Positions 58,580 through 64,000 of a stretch of DNA of 64,000 nucleotides are shown here, piece by piece. The DNA is from Rhodosorus marinus CCMP1338. Its lineage: Eukaryota; Plantae; Rhodophyta. The position numbers and the translations under genes were made by a program. Under the pieces are notes generated by a model, which saw only the letters and a program-made list of their open reading frames with translations, did not search any database and was not told the DNA's origin. The stretch lies in contig JAMWBK010000001.1 in assembly GCA_029953675.1 (NCBI GenBank), positions 3,720,001 to 3,784,000 on the forward strand, read 5' to 3'. Position 1 is the first letter of the stretch; each line of letters begins with the position of its first letter.

Positions 58580-61500
58580 CGATGGGATGCCACAAAAGCC
58601 GCTGATGAGGGTCTCCTGTCGATTTTGGCACGTCTTCCACAGGGCAAGAGCCCAGGACCCAGTGCAATGCGCGCGGAACATCTCCAAGGCGCCAATCAAC
58701 AGACGCAAGTGGCTTTGATCCGCGTACTGCGACAACTAGCGACAGCTCCCGAGGAGTTTCCCCCTCCGCTGGCGCGTTCCCCGCGTAGCAGCAGACTACT
58801 ACCATTCGCGAAGCCACGGAAGGACTCGGCTCCCCAGGAAAACCCAGGCGTTCGGCCCATCGGCGTCCCTGAAGCTCTACGAAAAGTGGCGACTCAATGG
58901 ACCCTTCGCGCGGTGATCGACAGGGTGCCACGCTCCTGGTGCCATTACAACTAGGGATCGGAGTCAGTGGCGGATGCGAACGCTCACGTCACGCGATCCA
59001 GGCCCATCTGTCATGTGAACTAGACGCGGTGGTGCTTAGGCTTGACCTCGAGAATGCATTCAACAGGATTGATCGACGCCTCGCCAAGAAACTCGTGGAC
59101 CACCACTTTCCGGAGCTTGCGGCGGTTTACAGACTTGGGTATGGAAGCGACGCAGTGGACTCGCCGACGCTTTGCGGCTGGCGCTCGGTACCTGGAGAGA
59201 ACCAAACGGAACACTCACGACTGACGCTCCAAGCAGCTACGGGAGTACAACAGGGAGACCCTCTTGGGTAGGTGCTACATGCACTAGCACTCGCACCGTT
59301 CCTAAAAGTTCTACGAACAAATTTCTCCGATCTAACGATTGTCGCTATCCATGACGATATTACGATCGTGGGACCACTGCAGGAACTGAAGCAAGCACTA
59401 GTCTGGAGCCGAACTATGCTCCCCCACAGGGCGACACTCACACGCCGTAAAAGCGCCAAGTACTCAGTAGGATGCTCAGCTAGCTTCTAGTAGAACGAAT
59501 TCAACATAGCCTCACCTGGGGCCAACACAGTGCCGCTCACACAGTCATGCTCAATTCTCCTCTCACGCCGCCTACCACTGCCGCTCGTCTCCGCGGCATG
59601 GGAGGCCACCTCTCGCACTTGTGGTTAACCACTCTACCGTCGTCATTGAGTCATCGTCTCGATGCTTTCCAGTTCCGTTCTGCCGCACGGATCTATCTCG
59701 GTTTGCCACAGGCTCCGTGGCACTCTAATCGGCCGTCTTTCTGTCAGGGATGTGAGAGCCGGATTGACGCTTGTGGCTACCACTTCCTGGGTTCCTGCGG
59801 ACTGTTACGAGGTCTCCGTACGAGGCGTCACACTCGCCTCAAGTACATCCTCAGCGAATTTTTGACTCGGATAGGGCATACGGTTGAGGTTGAGTCGGAA
59901 CTGCCCAGATCAATCTCGGACTCTGCACCGTCCCGTTGTATAGCCGCTCTCCTCGTCTCCGACGCTGCTGCCAGACGCTCAACATATGTGGACCTTGCGA
60001 TTACCTGCCCCGTGGCCAGCGCCCACCTCACCGCAGCCGCCCGCCGCCGGGGGGCCGCGGCTTCAGCCCTTCAAAGAGTTAAGGAACGACGGTATGCTGA
60101 GAGCATGGCCAGTCTGCCTTGCGCTGAGGGTCGCTCTCACCGGTTCCAGCCATTCATTGTGGAAAGCTTTGGTCACGTGGATAAGTCGGGTTTAGAGTGG
60201 TTGCGGAAATGTTTTGCTGAGCATCCTACTGAATATTTGGCGCTCTTGAGGCGTTTAAGTGTCTCCCTTTGGCGATATTCCAGCCACATGCTTTCCGAGG
60301 CGCGCCATCGGCGCCTGGGGTTGCATGCTTCCCTCCCTAGTTATTAGTTCATCTTCACGCCTTGCGTAGCGCTTCAGGCTATGCTAGTAAAGTCCAGTAG
60401 AACGAGATCCCTGGACAGGGGGTTTGGAGTAAGTAGATGACGCTGCGAATGTTTGTGTAGCGTTGCGGTAGCTAGCTGCCGAATAAAGGCTATGGAAATT
60501 GCCAAGCTCCCACAACCGGAGCTTACGACGCAAATTGCCCTCTTCAGGTTCTGTGCAGAAACGCGACTAGACTATGTGCTACGATGCCACGCATACGAGT
60601 TTGGAAGAAATCTGGCACGCGAGGCCGACGTGATGACCAGATATCACCTGGAAATTCTATTCGGAGGCCTCGCTACGACAGCTGTAGAGGACGATGAGTA
60701 CGCAGAGCTGATCTCGGACCAAATCGCTCTGCCCTGCCGCTGGGGAGGTTTGGGTTTCGCTACTCGAAAGCGCGTCCAACCCATCGCGTTTTACTCGTCA
60801 TGGAGAAACACCTTCCGGAACAATGAAGATGAATGGCCATACCTGACTGAACTAGAGCGGGAGGTTACGGCAGAACGCTCACCAGACACATACGAGCCGA
60901 TGGATCAACGATGGTCGACTGCACAGCTGGCGGACCAGATCTGTGCGTCGTCGCGAGCAATACAACGGAGGCTCGGACCAGAAACCCCGCCGCGGATCTT
61001 GGCACTGACTACCCTGCAACAACCGCGAGAAACATCTCTTCGAAGCGCCCCGGGCGAGACTGCAGCTTGGAATAATGGTTCAATACAACAAACCCTCTCT
61101 CGAGAGGCACACCATTGCGCATTCCAAAAGCTGGTCACCAACCCACGAATCTCCCCTGAAAACCGAGCTCGAATACGGTCTGCCGCGGGATCCGGGTCGG
61201 GAGTCTGGCTACGTGAAATACCAACGCTGACAGCGAAAAAATTGAGTGCGGTTGAGATGCAGGTAAACGTTCGACAACTGCTGGGTCTGCCAATTCCGGG
61301 ATTGCGGACCACCGAGAAGTGCACTAGTTGCCGGAGTAAACACGGAAGGACTGGGGTACAACGGTTTCATCACTGCCCAACATCAACTGGACTGTGGCAA
61401 CGTAGGCATGACGAAATCTGCAGAGAGCTGGCACGGTGGCTAAGGCGATGGAACTTCATGGACGTAGAGCAAGAACCTGAGGGGTACTTTGAGAACTACG

Positions 61501-62006
61501 GACTGCGACCTGATACCGTTGCTAGGCATCCGAGGACCAAACAAAGGTATGCGCTGGATGTGACGGTGGTGTCACCATTACAGGGAAAATATTTGCGGCG
61601 GAGCCAAGATGATAGCGGATACGCGGCGAGAGCTGCGGAGAAGTGGAAAATCGCTCACTACAAAGAAGCGATGGTGATCGAGAAAGCGGATGATAAGTTC
61701 ATCCCGATAGCAATAGAGACGTTTGGGCGTACGGGGCAAATGGCACAGGAGTTCCTCCGGGACAGCTGCAAGCACTTACTGCACAGGAGTGAGGAGCTGA
61801 GAGACGTGAGATCCCAGATAAACCGGCAACTATGGCGAGGTAACGCAGAGATAGCATTAGGCGCTTTGCGCGTGGACCAGCTGGAGAATCCGCTGGTACC
61901 TGTTTTTTCTTTTGAACGTAGCATGAGACCCCGCTCAGCGGGGTTCCAGTAAGTTTCTCCCTAGATAGGATTAGACGTAGTGTTGCGCTGCAGTAGGCAG
62001 CTGCCC
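58580..62006 (+). mobile_element. Family C CRE-like element, 5'-truncated, interrupted by family A
   Basis: SPGPSA, VRPIGV, LDLENAFN, GVQQGDP, AIHDD; then ORF 60453-61952 with CTSC..H..C, RRHDE, LRPD..LDVTV..KIAHY, IETFG; tail ends GCCC|AGTAAAG. Confidence 0.92.
59499..60395 (+). mobile_element. Young family A 3' fragment inserted into family C RT
   Basis: Near-identical to 22934-23830; TSD AGTAGAACGA at 59489-59498 and 60396-60405. Confidence 0.95.
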
Positions 62007-62745
62007 AGTAAAGCTTACGGTTACGTAAGTCTCGGGTACCTTGTTCTGGGGTAAAAGTTGGAAGTTCGGAAGCCAGAAAAATATAATAGTGCGGGAGGTG
62101 CGTGGGCCGTACCCAGAGCCCATTCTTATCCCCGGTTCACCGGCACCGGGTGCCATGGAAGTGTTACACGCTCTCCAGCACCAGGCTGTAGGAGCAGATC
62201 AGGATCCAAGGACAACGACACCAGCTGCAGACGTTACGCAGCCGGGGAACAGGAATGAGACTGATGCCACTAATGACGCAGCTGCCTCTTTCCTGCAACA
62301 GTTGCGCACCTGTGACCAGTTTTGTCACGGTGTGGGCATTGGGAAAGAAACAGTCGAGGAGGTCTACAAGGCGATTTTTAAGTTGTACTCCCGTATTGGG
62401 AGCACCAGCGACCGTGCACTATGGCGTGGTACAGCCCGCTTAGCGATCCATGCCCTGCGCAAAGCTAATCATGTTCGGACAATGTTCCCTGTTCAATGTA
62501 GTCTTCTATCCCGCTCTGGGATCTCCTTAGCCTAGCCCATCCTGCTTTCGTACCGTATTCTCTAGGTCTACATTGGGTAGTTGGAATGAACGGTACAAGT
62601 TGGAAAAAGAGGAGCAACCTTCCGAGTTCCTTTTTAATCATCACAGGGAAAATATATCAAACGCTTTCTACACCCGGCCACTTTATATTTTCAAGTTTTG
62701 GGCTCCAGGTTACCATCCTGATCTCGGACGACTTCCGCGAATCAG

Positions 62746-63873
62746 CTAGTTCCACTCGACGTTGACAGGGCATCCCTGAAATGGTATCCCGTTCAGGTAC
62801 GGGCAATCGCTTTCTGAGGGGTTAAAGAACCATCCACCGTCCTTGTTCGACACCTCAATGGTGCCGAGGTACAACATGTCATTGATAGAAATGCAATTCG
62901 GCATATAAATCAACATCGACGGGCAGATATCCCATTCCAACGGGCTGTCAGGGTCTGCATCTGCGATCTGGAACTCTTCGTTGTTACCCCAGATCTCTCC
63001 CAGATCCTGGTTCGCTCCCCAGAGACCCAAGTACATGGCCGTAACGGTGTACTCTTGTCCGGCGGAGTTGAGACTCATGACGAGATGGAAGCAGCGCTCG
63101 CCATTTACGGATGAAGTGCTGTACGTCAGGGTTCCGACGTCGGTGGACGTACCCCTAACCACCAAGTCGACGGTAGTGCTGCAGTTGGACTCGCCTTCGC
63201 AAGTGAAAGTCGGCTCCAGGCCGGCCGCTTCGATGTCTTTTTCACAAACTTGGAAGGGAGTAGGACTCGGTGACGGTGTCGGGGAGGCCTTGCTCCAGTC
63301 GAGACTGATCGGACACTGGGTAACTCCGTTCGGACCTTTTGGGGTCGAGCTCGGACATTGACTACCGTCTGTCATCTGCATGGAAATCCTAAGGGGCGTC
63401 TGGGTGTCTCCGACGAATCCCTTGAAAGCCGCTACCATGCAGATGGAGTCTTGGGAGAGGCAGTTGGGAATCGGCATTTCCGTTACAGGAATCTGAAAGA
63501 CGAGGTTGTCCTGGTCGATGTCCGCCTCGCTCAAATTAACCTGAAACTTTGCTGCACCATTAGGAACGCTTCCCTCATTGCAACTGGGCCAGACTCCAAT
63601 TCTCACGCTCGTCAAATTCGTAAGCGACACAACCATGCCCTCCTTTTTTACCTCCAGCTGGAAGCTAGCCGACCCATCTTCGTTCTCAACCGACTGGGTA
63701 TAAAACTTTCCTACAAGCTCCAGCCCGTAAATGTCATCATTATAGGTCAACCAGTTAATTCGCCTTTGAAAGTAGGGATATTCACCCTCTGGGTCACAAG
63801 TATCGCTCCCTGCTGCGGTTGCAGCCCAAAAACCAATTGCTATAAATACTGCTGCTCCGCAGAAGCTCTTCAT
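62746..63873 (-). CDS. Secreted two-domain protein with a PTPSPSPTP linker
   Basis: Open 375-aa ORF; signal peptide MKSFCGAAVFIAIGFWAATAAG; two Cys-containing beta-rich halves. Confidence 0.8.
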   Translation of the reverse strand: MKSFCGAAVFIAIGFWAATAAGSDTCDPEGEYPYFQRRINWLTYNDDIYGLELVGKFYTQSVENEDGSASFQLEVKKEGMVVSLTNLTSVRIGVWPSCNEGSVPNGAAKFQVNLSEADIDQDNLVFQIPVTEMPIPNCLSQDSICMVAAFKGFVGDTQTPLRISMQMTDGSQCPSSTPKGPNGVTQCPISLDWSKASPTPSPSPTPFQVCEKDIEAAGLEPTFTCEGESNCSTTVDLVVRGTSTDVGTLTYSTSSVNGERCFHLVMSLNSAGQEYTVTAMYLGLWGANQDLGEIWGNNEEFQIADADPDSPLEWDICPSMLIYMPNCISINDMLYLGTIEVSNKDGGWFFNPSESDCPYLNGIPFQGCPVNVEWN

Positions 63874-64000
63874 CGTTGCAAGAGATGTTACACTTCACGT
63901 TCTTAACGTTTTTCCTCGTCTACTTGTACATGCTCCACAAGTCCCCCTACACGGACGTAGGCTTTGCGCGCACATTTTTTATACCTGTTCGAACCGGCGT

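Noticed and set aside
62041-62535. 164-aa ORF, possibly a CRE ORF2 N-terminus
   Set aside because: Only vague similarity and no diagnostic motif.
1-64000. CRISPR arrays, tRNA genes, intact rRNA genes, and the many antisense/alternate-frame ORFs within elements
   Set aside because: No repeat-spacer array or cloverleaf was seen by eye; shadow ORFs are explained by GC-rich coding DNA.

Overview
Eukaryotic nuclear DNA (short GT-AG introns; possibly an alga, not determinable here). About 1-14 kb is gene-dense: a PPR protein, a carbohydrate sulfotransferase, a possible glycosyltransferase, a coiled-coil protein, an EEP-family phosphoesterase and an ankyrin protein. About 14-62 kb is a nested cluster of non-LTR retrotransposons with RT + CCHC + restriction-like endonuclease (CRE-like, R2 superfamily), in at least three families that I label A, B and C. 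It also holds two Ty3/gypsy LTR elements and three signal-peptide-bearing host genes. Main observations: (1) a 19-nt perfect match to the 18S rRNA 3' terminus plus a candidate ITS1 hairpin sits between two family-A pieces inside one apparent target-site duplication (TSD); (2) the families mostly insert at an (A)GTA(A/G) motif, also present in the A tail, giving nested insertions and 12-22-nt tail-only micro-insertions with TSDs; (3) a full-length family-B element carries an inverted copy of its own 3' end that stops the native ORF2 but supplies a new in-frame ATG, and this composite occurs twice with different flanks; (4) the RT catalytic motif is (Y/I)HDD in all three families. All alignments were done by eye with no database searches. 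Several frameshifts sit in homopolymers and may be sequencing errors.
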